Positions 17,967 to 28,721 of a stretch of 64,000 nucleotides of DNA are shown in pieces; position 1 is the first letter of the stretch, and each line of letters starts with the position of its first letter. Under the pieces are notes generated by a model. The model was given only the letters and a program-made list of their open reading frames with translations, ran no database searches and was not told the origin of the DNA. The stretch comes from Leptolyngbyaceae cyanobacterium. GTDB taxonomy: Bacteria > Cyanobacteriota > Cyanobacteriia > Phormidesmidales > Phormidesmidaceae. Both the position numbers and the translations under genes were made by a program. Location: NCBI GenBank assembly GCA_965263355.1, contig CBDHHL010000056.1, positions 448,001 to 512,000 of the forward strand. The letters run 5' to 3'.

Positions 17967-20018
17967 CTAAATAGCTGCACAAACATGCAGTTCTTCTAGA
18001 AAGTCTTGCAGATTCAAATCATTGCGATAGTAAATACTTTGAATATCGTTAGCAATTTGCAGACTGACATCGGCATCAATCGATGAGTTAGCCATGGCAA
18101 CAATAGGTATTTCCTCATATTCTGGCGTTTGTCGCAGTGCTTTAATACACTGAACTGCATCAGGCTCCAAACTCAAGTCAATGACTACTAATGCAGGCGA
18201 TTTCTCTACTTGGGCCATGGTTAGAGCGTCGGCAACATTATCGACACATTTGACCACCCAGTTTTCTTGTCGGAGCATACGAGTAACGACTTCGTCGTTT
18301 TTTTCCCATGCTTGCATCAATAGCAACCATGGCTGCTCATCATCTACTGATTTGTTTATCTCGTGCACAACTTGAGGGAATCGTAGCGTAAACTGAGAGC
18401 CTTTATCTGATTGGCTTTCTACTATAACGTCTCCTCCCATCATGTTGGCAAACTGTTTGGTAATTGTTAGCCCAAGGCCTGTACCACCAAACTCTCGAGT
18501 CGTTGAATTATCAGCTTGAGCAAACGCGTCGAAAATCTTTTGCTGTTGCTCTGACGTCATCCCGATACCCGTATCCGTAACAATAAAGTCAATCCATGGC
18601 TGATTTGCTTCTATGCTTTCCTTAATAGTTAGGGCAATCGTTCCATCTTGGGTAAACTTGTTGGCATTACTGAGTAGGTTCAACAAACTCTGATGGACTT
18701 TGGATCGATCTGCCATAATTAAATCAATATCAGTTTCATGATGAACAATTAGCTTATTCCCTTTCTTCTGGACTAAAGGGGTAAGCATATCAACGACTTG
18801 TTCAATCAGGAAGGAGATGGAGAATTCCTCAATGAATAGCTCCATGCGACCTGACTCAATTTTAGAGAGGTCGAGGACTGAGTTGATCAGGGTCAGCAGT
18901 TGTTTGCCAGCTCCCTGAATCCGATATAAATCGGTCTGGGCATCTTCCTTAGATAAGTTATCGGCCTCTTCAGCCAACATTTCGCTATAGCCAATAATGG
19001 CATTGAGGGGAGTACGCAGTTCATGGCTCATATTGGCTAAGAAGTCACTTTTTGCCTGAGTAGCGGCTTCAGCACTTTCTTTAGCATGGCTTAAGGACTG
19101 TTCCCTCAAAACCACTTCATTGGCCATGTGTTCAAATGCACGGGCCAGCTGACCGGGCTCATCCGTGCGTGTTGTTAGATTACCCAGGGCCATAGCGTCA
19201 TCTGAGCCATCCGACAGGTTTACCCGTTGCCCTAAGCTAATATCACGAATAAGCTTATTGAGTTGTCCTAAAGGTTTAATCACTGTCGTTTTCAACAAGC
19301 GATTAATCACGCTAATAACGACAGCAAATACGCCGCTAAATATGGCAACTACTAGTAAAAGATAACGATTTCCTGTAACAAATACCTGACTAGAGGGCAC
19401 ATATATGGTTTGAGCCGCAACTGTTTCCCCTAGCTTCCAACCATAGCCGTTTTTGTCGCCATAGGTTTTTCGCATACTTTTGGGGGCTGCGGTCGGTTGA
19501 CCATGGCATTCAAGACAACTTTCTTTACTAACGGTAAGGGGACGGCTGATGTAGAGCAACTTAGTTCCTTCGAGGTTGCGATATCCTTTTAGCTCTTTGA
19601 GTTCGTTATTGTTTCGAAACTGATCAACAATTTGAGTTTCAAAGTCGTCGGCCTGATCCCTGGGATTAGTTGGGTTTAATGTAGCTTCCTTATATAGGAA
19701 ATCATTGTATTCTTCGGCTGCCCGAAATCCTTCAAATACTTCCCTGGCAGAATAGGCCGGTACGGTTTCGGGAATAAATTCTGAGGAATCTACTAGGTCA
19801 TCTGCCAGGTGGGGTCTTACTTCCCCACTCGTGTAGTTTCTGACAGCGTTCATGGTTTGGATCAATATCTCTGCACGCTGTACGATTTCACCCTCAGCTT
19901 TCTGACGCATAGTCACTGAAAGAATTAAACCACTCATAAGAATGCTAACGAAGAACATGATCGTTAGCATCTTAGTAAATTGTTTACCAAGACTAGTAAA
20001 ACGACGTTTAGACCTCAT
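17967..20018 (-). CDS. Hybrid sensor histidine kinase with DUF3365 (Tll0287-like) heme-c sensor, HAMP, HisKA, HATPase and REC-like tail
   Basis: [43 protein letters not shown]. Confidence 0.92.
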   Translation of the reverse strand: MRSKRRFTSLGKQFTKMLTIMFFVSILMSGLILSVTMRQKAEGEIVQRAEILIQTMNAVRNYTSGEVRPHLADDLVDSSEFIPETVPAYSAREVFEGFRAAEEYNDFLYKEATLNPTNPRDQADDFETQIVDQFRNNNELKELKGYRNLEGTKLLYISRPLTVSKESCLECHGQPTAAPKSMRKTYGDKNGYGWKLGETVAAQTIYVPSSQVFVTGNRYLLLVVAIFSGVFAVVISVINRLLKTTVIKPLGQLNKLIRDISLGQRVNLSDGSDDAMALGNLTTRTDEPGQLARAFEHMANEVVLREQSLSHAKESAEAATQAKSDFLANMSHELRTPLNAIIGYSEMLAEEADNLSKEDAQTDLYRIQGAGKQLLTLINSVLDLSKIESGRMELFIEEFSISFLIEQVVDMLTPLVQKKGNKLIVHHETDIDLIMADRSKVHQSLLNLLSNANKFTQDGTIALTIKESIEANQPWIDFIVTDTGIGMTSEQQQKIFDAFAQADNSTTREFGGTGLGLTITKQFANMMGGDVIVESQSDKGSQFTLRFPQVVHEINKSVDDEQPWLLLMQAWEKNDEVVTRMLRQENWVVKCVDNVADALTMAQVEKSPALVVIDLSLEPDAVQCIKALRQTPEYEEIPIVAMANSSIDADVSLQIANDIQSIYYRNDLNLQDFLEELHVCAAI

Positions 20019-20307
20019 AGTGTGTGACTCACCCTAGATAGAGTTAGGCATAATAAGTAATTCTTCTATGGGTCGATTATGGGGTATCTCCCCCCTTAGC
20101 CACTAAGGGAGGCTGAAGAATAGAACCAATAATTTATAGGTATGTGGGTATTGTCTAAAATTTTTGATTCTTTCCTGGGGAGTAGAATCGTAATCGTCAG
20201 GTTACATTTCGTCAGTTATAGGCCTATTTTACAGAGAGAACCATGATGGTTCGTTCTCTAAACCTAATAATGAATATTTAGTTTTGATGAAATGTATCAA
20301 CCTTGTC

Positions 20308-20357
20308 CACGTCCAGATCTGTAGTTTTGTTGTAAAGGAAACTACAGATCTGGACGT
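20308..20357. repeat. Perfect 19-bp inverted repeat, member of a dispersed family; may double as the bestrophin terminator
   Basis: ACGTCCAGATCTGTAGTTT-N11-AAACTACAGATCTGGACGT. Confidence 0.8.
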
Positions 20358-21302
20358 CTAATCAATGTTTTGTTTTTCTTTGCCTACGGGCAATAGGGCT
20401 GTAATTTGCCAGGGCTGTTGTTCATTTTTTTCAATACTGGGTGTAAGGGTCACCAGGTCCTGAATATTGCGCTCCATAGTACGACAGATGGCGTTTAGGG
20501 GTAAATCGTTGGGATCGCAGCCAAAGGGATTTTCGATTTCCAGGCCAATTTCTTCAACACCAAAGACGGCAAAGGCTACTAAGGCTACTACTGGAATGGT
20601 CCAAAGGTTAAGTTCGCTGACGACTTGAAAGGGCAGGGCGAGACAATACATAACCAGCAACTGCTTTAGATGGATGGAATAGGCCAAAGGCAGGGGCGTT
20701 TTGAGAATACGTTCGCAGCCTCCTAAGGCATCTACCAGATTATTGAGCTGTTCTGTCATTGCCTGCAGCTGATAGGGATTAATCCGTCCTTTTAGCTGCT
20801 GTACTTGCAGGTAGTCGCCCAGCCAAAAGGCGATTTCCAACGGTGGGCTGTTCATGCTCAGAAGTTTATCGAGCTGGGCTGGGGGCACCAAATGACGAAG
20901 CTCGTGCTCACAAGGCTGCTGCCGCAGGTGTTGCTTGGTTGCGATCGCAAACGCCACCAGCAATTTCAAGGCCCGTTTTTTCGACTGACGGCTCGTATCC
21001 ACCGACACCCAAATCTGGCGGGCCAGGTTACGGCAGGTATTGACAATGTTGCCCCACAGTTTGCGGCCTTCCCAAAAGCGCTCGTAGGATACATTGGTGC
21101 GAAACACCAGTAACAAACCCAGCACAATGCTAGGCACCACACCGCCTAAAATTGGCCAGGAGACAGAAACACCCGCCAGATGCAACAGGGTTAGTAATAA
21201 TGAAAACCCTGTGCAAAAGCCAACCCTGGGCATCACAGCCCGGATCACAGAACCTCGAAAACAAAACAGGGTTTTAAACCAAGGTCGACGATCTTCTGCC
21301 AT
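20358..21302 (-). CDS. Bestrophin-family (UPF0187) ion channel
   Basis: LLVFRTN.SYERFWEGRKLWG, CERILKTPLP, EIENPFG.DPNDLPL. Confidence 0.95.
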   Translation of the reverse strand: MAEDRRPWFKTLFCFRGSVIRAVMPRVGFCTGFSLLLTLLHLAGVSVSWPILGGVVPSIVLGLLLVFRTNVSYERFWEGRKLWGNIVNTCRNLARQIWVSVDTSRQSKKRALKLLVAFAIATKQHLRQQPCEHELRHLVPPAQLDKLLSMNSPPLEIAFWLGDYLQVQQLKGRINPYQLQAMTEQLNNLVDALGGCERILKTPLPLAYSIHLKQLLVMYCLALPFQVVSELNLWTIPVVALVAFAVFGVEEIGLEIENPFGCDPNDLPLNAICRTMERNIQDLVTLTPSIEKNEQQPWQITALLPVGKEKQNID

Positions 21303-21324
21303 GGTTAACTCTTTTCAGGCTTGA

Positions 21325-22836
21325 CTATCGAATATCGTAGCCAAACAGATTGGGATCGGCTTCGCCCATGTCTAGATCACCCAGACCGTATTCGGCCCAG
21401 CGGCGTTCCACCATGACAGCCACATCGGGGTCAGACTTAAGTTCGTCGCCCCACTGATGCTCGGTTTCAGGGGGCACTTTGGTCGTAGCGTCAATGCCCA
21501 TGCGTCCGCCCAGACCCAGCTTTTCGTTGGCAAAGTCCAACGAGTCAAAGGGATTATCAGGCAGGATAAACACATCGCGGGTGGGGTCCACCTTAGAGGT
21601 AACGGCCCAGATTACCTGACGCGGATCGCGAATGTTGATATCGTGGTCCACGACGATGACAAACTTGGTGTAAGTAAACTGAGGTAGGGCCGTCCAAAAG
21701 GCCATGGCCGCCCGACGGGCCTGACCGGGGTACGCCTTTTTGATGGAAATGACAGCCGCTTTATAGCTGAGGGCTTCCATGGGTAGAAAGAAGTCCACAA
21801 TTTCGGACACCTGCTGCCGCAAAATAGGTGTGTAAATGCGGTTAAGGGCGATGGCAATCATCGCTTCTTCCTTGGGCGGGCGACCGCTAAAGGTCGTGAG
21901 ATAAATCGGCTCTTTGCGATGGGTAACGCATTGAAACCGTACCAGGGGGGCCTGGTCATTTTGCGGGCCATAGTAGCCCATGTGGTCGCCAAAGGGACCG
22001 TCGGTAGCGACTTCGCCGGGGGTAATGGTCCCTTCGAGGACAAATTCTGAGGCGGCAGGGACTTCCAGATCAATGGTTTTGCATTTGGCCAGGTGCACAC
22101 CGCTGCCGCCATAGAGCCCGGCAAATAGCCATTCAGATAGGTCTACGGGAATGGGGGTGGCGGCGGCCATGATGATCAGGGGGTGGACACCGATGGCGAT
22201 CGCAATCTCCAACTTTTTGCCATTTTCTGCCGCCTTACGCAAATGTCTGGCACCGCCTCTGACCGATAGCCACTGGACAGTCATGGTATTTTTGCTTTGG
22301 AGCTGCAGACGATAGACGCCCACGTTGGGGATACCGGTTTCGCAGTCTTTAGTAATCACCAGGCCCAGGGTGACAATCTTACCCCCATCCTGGGGATAGG
22401 GTTGGATCATAGGAATCTGGGTCAGGTCAACATCATCGCCTTTAAGCACAACCTGATGGCAGGCGGGCAACAGATCCCGTTGGGGTTTGGCCTTGACGAC
22501 ATCAAATAGGACTTTGCCAAACTCGATGGCCTGGGAGATTTTTTTAGGAGGTTTCGGCTGTTGGAGCATGCCCAGCTTTTTGCCCAGGGCCTCTAGCTCC
22601 TGAGGGTGCTCCATCCCCATGGACCAGCAGGTGCGTTCAACGGTGCCAAGCAGGTTAACTGCAACGGCATGGGGGGACCCCTTAACGTTTTCGAAAAGGA
22701 GAGCGGGACCACCGCATTGGAGCATGCGATTGGAGATTTCTGCTATTTCTAGCTCAGGATCGACTAATGTCTGGATGCGGCGTAACTGGCCTCGCTGTTC
22801 AACTAGTTTGATAAATTCGCGCAGATCTCTCGCCAT
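21325..22836 (-). CDS. ubiD: UbiD-family decarboxylase (4-hydroxy-3-polyprenylbenzoate decarboxylase)
   Basis: NVGVYRLQ, DGPFGDHMGYY, GRPPKEE, MGIDATTK. Confidence 0.95.
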   Translation of the reverse strand: MARDLREFIKLVEQRGQLRRIQTLVDPELEIAEISNRMLQCGGPALLFENVKGSPHAVAVNLLGTVERTCWSMGMEHPQELEALGKKLGMLQQPKPPKKISQAIEFGKVLFDVVKAKPQRDLLPACHQVVLKGDDVDLTQIPMIQPYPQDGGKIVTLGLVITKDCETGIPNVGVYRLQLQSKNTMTVQWLSVRGGARHLRKAAENGKKLEIAIAIGVHPLIIMAAATPIPVDLSEWLFAGLYGGSGVHLAKCKTIDLEVPAASEFVLEGTITPGEVATDGPFGDHMGYYGPQNDQAPLVRFQCVTHRKEPIYLTTFSGRPPKEEAMIAIALNRIYTPILRQQVSEIVDFFLPMEALSYKAAVISIKKAYPGQARRAAMAFWTALPQFTYTKFVIVVDHDINIRDPRQVIWAVTSKVDPTRDVFILPDNPFDSLDFANEKLGLGGRMGIDATTKVPPETEHQWGDELKSDPDVAVMVERRWAEYGLGDLDMGEADPNLFGYDIR

Positions 22837-22900
22837 GGGGGTGGAATAGGTCTTTACTTTCCATTATGCGAGGAAATGGGGGCGAGGGGGGAAGCTTAGC

Positions 22901-24226
22901 CTATTCGGCTTCTAAGACTTTTACTTCGTAGCGGTCATAGTCTTTGTCAATGGACTTGATCACCCGTACTGGACGCACTTCTCCCGGCAACATGGGGGTA
23001 TCACTCCCATAGACCACAAGTACATCCTGGCTGAGAATCAGTTCGCCTAGCGTATTGTAGAAATCGGCCTGTAGCTTAAGCGTACGCATGGGAATTTCGC
23101 TGGTATTCGTGACGGCCCATTCGGCGTCGAAGTAAGCGCTATCGGTTACTTCGTAAACCTTGAGGTCCTCGCTACGGGCAACCAGGTCAAAGGTGAGTTG
23201 GGTGGGTTGTTTAAAGCCCCAGGTATAGTCAATGGGGATGGACGGGGTATAGTCAAGTTCCAGCGATTCCTCAATGGTAATGACACTAAGGCGAACGGTA
23301 GAGAGGTCCGGGGTAACCTTTTGGACCAGATCAACGGCATGGTAATCACCAGGGCGGACGGTGGCATCACTGCTGTCGATGGCATTTTTGCTATCGGTTG
23401 CGATCGCAACCCCATCTTTGTCTAAATAATCTACTTGTACTCGCAGGGTATCAATTTCTTGAGTACTCTCATTGAGGAATACCCCCTGCAGGGTGTAGTA
23501 AGAAGACTCTTCATAATTATCTAACCGAGATAGGCGAGGTTCCAAGGTGAGACCAGGCTGCTCAAAGATAATGGGAATCTCGATACCAATCGACCGCTCT
23601 GGCTGAGCCGCTGTATCGGGGGCAATGTCAGTATCGCCAGTAGCTTCAGGCGCACTAACATCTGGTTTGACCGCAGTCTGACCATCTGGATTAGCGAGGG
23701 TAATCTCTTGGGTAAGCTGTTCTACTTCAGACCGTTTGACAATAATATCCGTTACCAGCTTAAAGCCACCGAACAAAAGCACGGCAGCTAAGCCTAACCA
23801 CAGAATACGTTGGCGACTAACGGCTTCATGCTCTAAGGCACTGATCAACATAACCGCCTCTTCATTGTTAGGACTGATCTCTAAACAACGCTTGGCAAGG
23901 GCAATGGCCTGTTGCTTGTCCTCGGCTTTTTTCCGTTTGGCGTAACGCTGATCGTAGGCGTAGGTAAGGGTTTGAAGAATCTCAAAGTTTAACGGGTCTA
24001 ATGCTGTCGCCTGACTCAGTTCATCAATGGCTTCATCGAGACAGTCAAAGTCTAAATAGTTACGTCCTCGGTCAAAATGGTCCTGGGCTTTTTGCTGAAC
24101 AGCTGCCATATCATCGGGACCCAGCCCCACTTCTTGAGCAATAGCACTAAGGCTATCAGCGGTAATTGGCTCTTTCCAATTGAGCAATCGTTGAACGTAG
24201 GTTTCTATAATCTTATCGCGACCCAT
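22901..24226 (-). CDS. TPR + TM + two FxLYD-like beta-sandwich domains, paralog 1
   Basis: MGRDKIIETYVQRLL; TPR-like helices; VDYLDKDG, RPGD, ADFYN, PMLPGEVRP. Confidence 0.8.
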   Translation of the reverse strand: MGRDKIIETYVQRLLNWKEPITADSLSAIAQEVGLGPDDMAAVQQKAQDHFDRGRNYLDFDCLDEAIDELSQATALDPLNFEILQTLTYAYDQRYAKRKKAEDKQQAIALAKRCLEISPNNEEAVMLISALEHEAVSRQRILWLGLAAVLLFGGFKLVTDIIVKRSEVEQLTQEITLANPDGQTAVKPDVSAPEATGDTDIAPDTAAQPERSIGIEIPIIFEQPGLTLEPRLSRLDNYEESSYYTLQGVFLNESTQEIDTLRVQVDYLDKDGVAIATDSKNAIDSSDATVRPGDYHAVDLVQKVTPDLSTVRLSVITIEESLELDYTPSIPIDYTWGFKQPTQLTFDLVARSEDLKVYEVTDSAYFDAEWAVTNTSEIPMRTLKLQADFYNTLGELILSQDVLVVYGSDTPMLPGEVRPVRVIKSIDKDYDRYEVKVLEAE

Positions 24227-24386
24227 GGGGAACTCCATTGACCTAATCATTTTCCCTCCCCTTCACACCATAACAATACACAATTAATTTCGGAACTACG
24301 GAGGATGGGTCAAGCAATAGCCATTGCCCGCTTGGTAGTAGGGATACCCAATCTACTTTATGCCGTAGCTTCAGCGAAGCCAATGC

Positions 24387-25865
24387 CTATTCTGCTTCGA
24401 CCACGGTTACCTTATATCGTTCGTAGCCTTTGACAATGGGTTGAATCACACGGAATGGACGTGTTTCGCCCGATAATAAGGGAGCATCGTTATTGTGGAT
24501 GGCAAACACATCCTCACTCTGCAAAAGCCGATCATTTGTACTGTAAAAATCGACCTTTAGCTTAAGTTTACTAATGGGAAAGTCATGGGTATTGATGATT
24601 ACCCATTCACTGTTAAAGGTGACTGGCTCGGGACGGGGCTCGCTGTTTGACTCGTTACTTGACTCGCTGTTTTCACTGTCCTGGTTGTCATTGCCGCTCT
24701 CAGCCGCCTGGTTGTCATCACTGTTGTCAGGCTGACTGTTGCCAGACTTAATCTTATCGGGGGCTGTCAGTTCGACTCCCGATACGCCAAAGAGCTCACT
24801 CCGGCTGGCTAATTCAAAGCTAATGTTTTCAGGTTCCAGGTCTTGCCAACTGTAGTTAATTGGTGTGGGGGGGACATAGGTTTTGCGGGCAGGGATCTGT
24901 TGCAGACTGGCCACACTCAGACGAACCGTAGCTAGCTCGGGAGTGATTTTTTGTAGCAGATTAAATGTATGGTTATCCCCTGGACGAATAATGGCGTCTT
25001 GCTCAGAAATGGCGTCTTTTTCAGTGGTTGAGATCGCAACATCATTGCGATCTAAAAACTCCACATTGAGAACAAGGTTTCTAAATTCCTGATCGCTGGC
25101 ATTGATCAAAACCCCCTGCAATTGATAATAAAGCTCGTCATTATAGTCACCGAGTTCCGACAGACGGGCTTCCATCACGAGACCGGGGTAGTCAAATATA
25201 ACTGGGATGTCAACATCGGCAGCTAAGTCAATGGTTACAGGATCCGTGTCTACGTCCTCGGCCTTTGCATCATCCTTAGATTCATAAATAACAGAACCGG
25301 GAACGATGGTACCCGGTGCTGGCCCGAGGGGGGCCGGTGGTTGGGAGAAGATGGGTAAACGACTGAGCCCCATAATCCCCAGACCAACCGTAGCAAAACC
25401 ACCCGCTAAAATCGTCAGCTTTTGCCTTGTCCATTTAGCAGATACTTGTTTACTTTTAACCGGAGTATGTTCTAGAAAGCTAATTAACACTAACGCTTCC
25501 TTATCATCTGGTTTTAGCTCTACACAGCGCTTGGCAACCAGTAACGCCTTTTGTCGATCGGCTTTATCGTTAGTGCGGTTATGGCGCTGACTGTAGGCAT
25601 TTGCCAGGGTATGTAACCCGTCTAGATTGAGGGGATCTAGGGATACCGATTGATTGAGTTCTTTAATGGCATCATCAAGACAGCCAAATTCCATGTAGGC
25701 GCGACCACGGGTCAGATGGGAATCAGCTTGACTACGAATAGCGTCTAACTCGTTACCGGTAATGCCCACCTCTTCAGCAATCACAGTCAGGGTAGCGCTA
25801 GTAAGCGGCTTTTCCCAGGTCAGTAATCGTTGAATATATGCTTCAATGATGCGGTCACGCCCCAT
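24387..25865 (-). CDS. TPR + TM + two FxLYD-like domains, paralog 2
   Basis: MGRDRIIEAYIQRLL; VEFLDRND; VDFYS; S/N/E-rich insert. Confidence 0.8.
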   Translation of the reverse strand: MGRDRIIEAYIQRLLTWEKPLTSATLTVIAEEVGITGNELDAIRSQADSHLTRGRAYMEFGCLDDAIKELNQSVSLDPLNLDGLHTLANAYSQRHNRTNDKADRQKALLVAKRCVELKPDDKEALVLISFLEHTPVKSKQVSAKWTRQKLTILAGGFATVGLGIMGLSRLPIFSQPPAPLGPAPGTIVPGSVIYESKDDAKAEDVDTDPVTIDLAADVDIPVIFDYPGLVMEARLSELGDYNDELYYQLQGVLINASDQEFRNLVLNVEFLDRNDVAISTTEKDAISEQDAIIRPGDNHTFNLLQKITPELATVRLSVASLQQIPARKTYVPPTPINYSWQDLEPENISFELASRSELFGVSGVELTAPDKIKSGNSQPDNSDDNQAAESGNDNQDSENSESSNESNSEPRPEPVTFNSEWVIINTHDFPISKLKLKVDFYSTNDRLLQSEDVFAIHNNDAPLLSGETRPFRVIQPIVKGYERYKVTVVEAE

Positions 25866-25983
25866 AGTTCACTCCATTGCTAATCAATCCATTCTCCATT
25901 TCCTTGGATAGATACGGATAAAAATGCGACTAAGTTGGGTAAAGTCTTTGTGGCATAGGGCAGTACAAAACTATTAAAAACTA

Positions 25984-27177
25984 TCAGAGGAGTGGAGCGT
26001 AGGGCTGTGTGAGCGTCGAATTAAGACGGCTACTCAGTTTAGAATGACCATCCTCGGCAGCAAAAGACCTTAAGCTGTAGCGTTTAGAATCAGGCCCTGC
26101 ATCAGTTTCAGAGCCAACAACCTGTTCAATGTCAATCACACTGACACGAACACTAATTAACGCGGGGGTAATTTTGTGGAATAACTCAAAGGCACGGGTA
26201 TCACCGGGACGAATAATGGCCCCCTTACTCGTAATGGCAACTTGATTAATGGTTGAAATGGTCACACCATCCCCATCTAATAATTCTACCTTTAGTTTTA
26301 GCGTTCTCACATCCTGGCCACTGTCATTGATGACAACGCCATGCAGCTTATAGTAAGGTTCCCCCTCATATTCTCCCAAACGCGATAGTCGTGGTTCAAT
26401 CAGCAAGCCAGGATGGTTAAATGCCACTGGTACATTTGGCCCCGGATCAAAGTCAGGGGCTGTTTCAACCAGGGCAGACTCTGAAGCAACGTTAGGATTA
26501 GAAAATACCGGCAAGCGACTTAAAGAGATCGCTGTAATACCCACTACTATTGCTCCCCCACTGCCCCAAAAAAGCTTGTCTATCATCCACCAACCAACTG
26601 TGGACGCATCGATGGGTTGTTGCAGAAAGAGCAACAAAAGAGTAATTCTTGTCTTTGTTCGCCGAGTAATTTGCTCGGGCTTAAAGACATTTTCCAAACT
26701 AAAGAAATTTTCCAAAAAGCCAATCAAAATAAAAATATTTGGCTTTGCCTGCAGCGACAAATTTTGGAAACCAGCAAACTCCTCTAACTCTTTTACTAAA
26801 CTCAAGACTTCTCGGTTATTGGGATTCAGTTCGAGGTAGCGTCTAGCCATCACTAACGCCTGTTGTCTATCTTCCGGTCTGATATCTTGGCAATAGCGCT
26901 GGTTATAGGCATTGGCTAAGGCATTAAGCACCTCAAGGTTGACGGGATTTAGAGACTGCGCACGGGTGAGTTCCCGAATGGCATTATCCAGGTCGCCAAC
27001 CTCTGTATAGTTGTAGCCACGGGTAAGGTGAACCTGAACTTGCTGGTTGATGGATTCTAATTCACCACTAGTAATCCCGACCTCTTCAGCAATGGCGTTG
27101 AGGATAGACTCAGTCAGGGGCTGCTTTAATTCCAGCAACCGTTGAATATAAGCTTCAATAATGCTAGCGCGACCCAT
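25984..27177 (-). CDS. TPR + TM + single FxLYD-like domain, paralog 3
   Basis: MGRASIIEAYIQRLL; VELLDGDG, IRPGDTRAF; second domain absent. Confidence 0.8.
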   Translation of the reverse strand: MGRASIIEAYIQRLLELKQPLTESILNAIAEEVGITSGELESINQQVQVHLTRGYNYTEVGDLDNAIRELTRAQSLNPVNLEVLNALANAYNQRYCQDIRPEDRQQALVMARRYLELNPNNREVLSLVKELEEFAGFQNLSLQAKPNIFILIGFLENFFSLENVFKPEQITRRTKTRITLLLLFLQQPIDASTVGWWMIDKLFWGSGGAIVVGITAISLSRLPVFSNPNVASESALVETAPDFDPGPNVPVAFNHPGLLIEPRLSRLGEYEGEPYYKLHGVVINDSGQDVRTLKLKVELLDGDGVTISTINQVAITSKGAIIRPGDTRAFELFHKITPALISVRVSVIDIEQVVGSETDAGPDSKRYSLRSFAAEDGHSKLSSRLNSTLTQPYAPLL

Positions 27178-27401
27178 AGTTTACTCCGTTTTAGCAATTG
27201 CCTTAAGGGGGTAGATTGCATAATCGGCTCTTGATACCAGCAACCGCTGAGCATACGCTCATATCGCTGGCGCGCCCATGGTTTCTTTGTCCTTGTTAAT
27301 CCATTCAGCTTTTCTTGATTAGATACAGATAAATTCTGACTAAGTTTTAGTAAAGTCTTTACACTGTTGCCCCAAAGTGACTTTAATAACTAAATCTTGT
27401 T

Positions 27402-27458
27402 CACGTCCGGAACTGTAGTTTTGCGTTAAAGGAAACTCCAGGTTCCAACTTGGACATG
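27402..27458. repeat. Second copy of the TGTAGTTT-N11-AAACTACA palindromic element
   Basis: 34/40 identity of 27402-27441 with 20308-20347 (manual alignment). Confidence 0.75.
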
Positions 27459-27519
27459 GTTTAGAGCCGATGCAACGTTACACTACAACGTGGCTATTGA
27501 AATCTTAAAGGTGTGCTGA

Positions 27520-28047
27520 GTGGTGTCTGCTAACCTCACTCCTGACCAGTTACGTTCCATCAAGGGCCAGCTCGATTTGGTGCTGCTGGCCTTGGAAACG
27601 TTAGTTGGCATTGGTTCTGAAGCAATTTTGGACGAAGCAAAATCCTTGCACATGGATACGCTGTTCTCAGACCGGGTTAGTCTATGGCGACTCCGACAGT
27701 CAAGCCCTTTGCGCAAGGGACAGGGTCGTAAAAAATTAGATGTGGATGAAGCGCGTGCCTTGGTTTTGATTACCGCCCAGCTAGCCAACAAACATCGACA
27801 AGCGATTAATCAAGCGGTAACGGCCTTAGAAAAATCTGGTGCAGACGGCACGCCCCCCCACCGAGTGGCGATGCTGGGAGACTATCTAGACCGCTTTAGT
27901 AACACCTATAGCGATCGCATGGAGCAAGAGGCCCCACCCCAAGTTTTGGAAAGGCTCGCTTTTCAGTTATTGATCGATCTGCTGTTCTACAGCGGGGGGG
28001 CGGGTTCTCAGCGGCTGTGGCAGGCACTGTTAGATCGGGCTGAGTAG
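27520..28047 (+). CDS. DUF3038-family protein
   Basis: QLDLVLLALE, DRVSLWRLRQSSPLR, KKLDVDEARALV, LLFYSG..G.QRLW. Confidence 0.85.
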   Translation: MVSANLTPDQLRSIKGQLDLVLLALETLVGIGSEAILDEAKSLHMDTLFSDRVSLWRLRQSSPLRKGQGRKKLDVDEARALVLITAQLANKHRQAINQAVTALEKSGADGTPPHRVAMLGDYLDRFSNTYSDRMEQEAPPQVLERLAFQLLIDLLFYSGGAGSQRLWQALLDRAE

Positions 28048-28098
28048 ATTGCCCGAAATAGACCGATAATGGGTGGGTCAAAAAACGCACACTGACCC

Positions 28099-28665
28099 AT
28101 GACCGCAGAGTTTCTTAAGGGGACAAACCTTTACCTGGTGGGCATGATGGGCTCTGGTAAATCCTCCGTTGGCAAACACCTGGCCCGCATGCTCAACTAT
28201 CGTTTTATCGACACCGATGAGGTGATTGTGCAGGCCACGGGGCAAAGCATTAATCAGATTTTTGCCGAGCAGGGGGCAGCTGCTTTTCGCGATATTGAAA
28301 CCAGCGTACTGGCCCAGGTTGCGCCCTACACCCATACGGTGATTGCCACTGGCGGCGGGATGGTGATCAAGCAGGAAAACTGGAGTTATTTACAGTCTGG
28401 CCTGGTGGTGTGGCTCAATGTGCCCGTCGATGAGCTAATGGCGCGTCTCAGTGACGATCAGTCCCGGCCTTTATTAAAGGATAGTGATTTGCGGACTAAA
28501 CTCACCACCCTTCTAGAACAGCGTCAGGCGCGCTACAGCGAGGCCGATGCCACGGTGGTCCATGAGTCTGGGGAAGCGGTGGATGCGATCGCAACCCGTA
28601 TCCTCGATACCCTACAAACCGTCATCGCCGAAAACTCCGCCACCAGCAGCACCATCAACCATTAA
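28099..28665 (+). CDS. aroK: Shikimate kinase
   Basis: [27 protein letters not shown]. Confidence 0.95.
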   Translation: MTAEFLKGTNLYLVGMMGSGKSSVGKHLARMLNYRFIDTDEVIVQATGQSINQIFAEQGAAAFRDIETSVLAQVAPYTHTVIATGGGMVIKQENWSYLQSGLVVWLNVPVDELMARLSDDQSRPLLKDSDLRTKLTTLLEQRQARYSEADATVVHESGEAVDAIATRILDTLQTVIAENSATSSTINH

Positions 28666-28698
28666 TTGTAGAGCCGTTCCATGGAACGGCTCTACAAT
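28665..28698. repeat. Perfect 34-bp GTAG-type REP palindrome
   Basis: ATTGTAGAGCCGTTCCATGGAACGGCTCTACAAT. Confidence 0.9.
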
Positions 28699-28721
28699 CG
28701 TTCTCCATTACCATTAACCCC

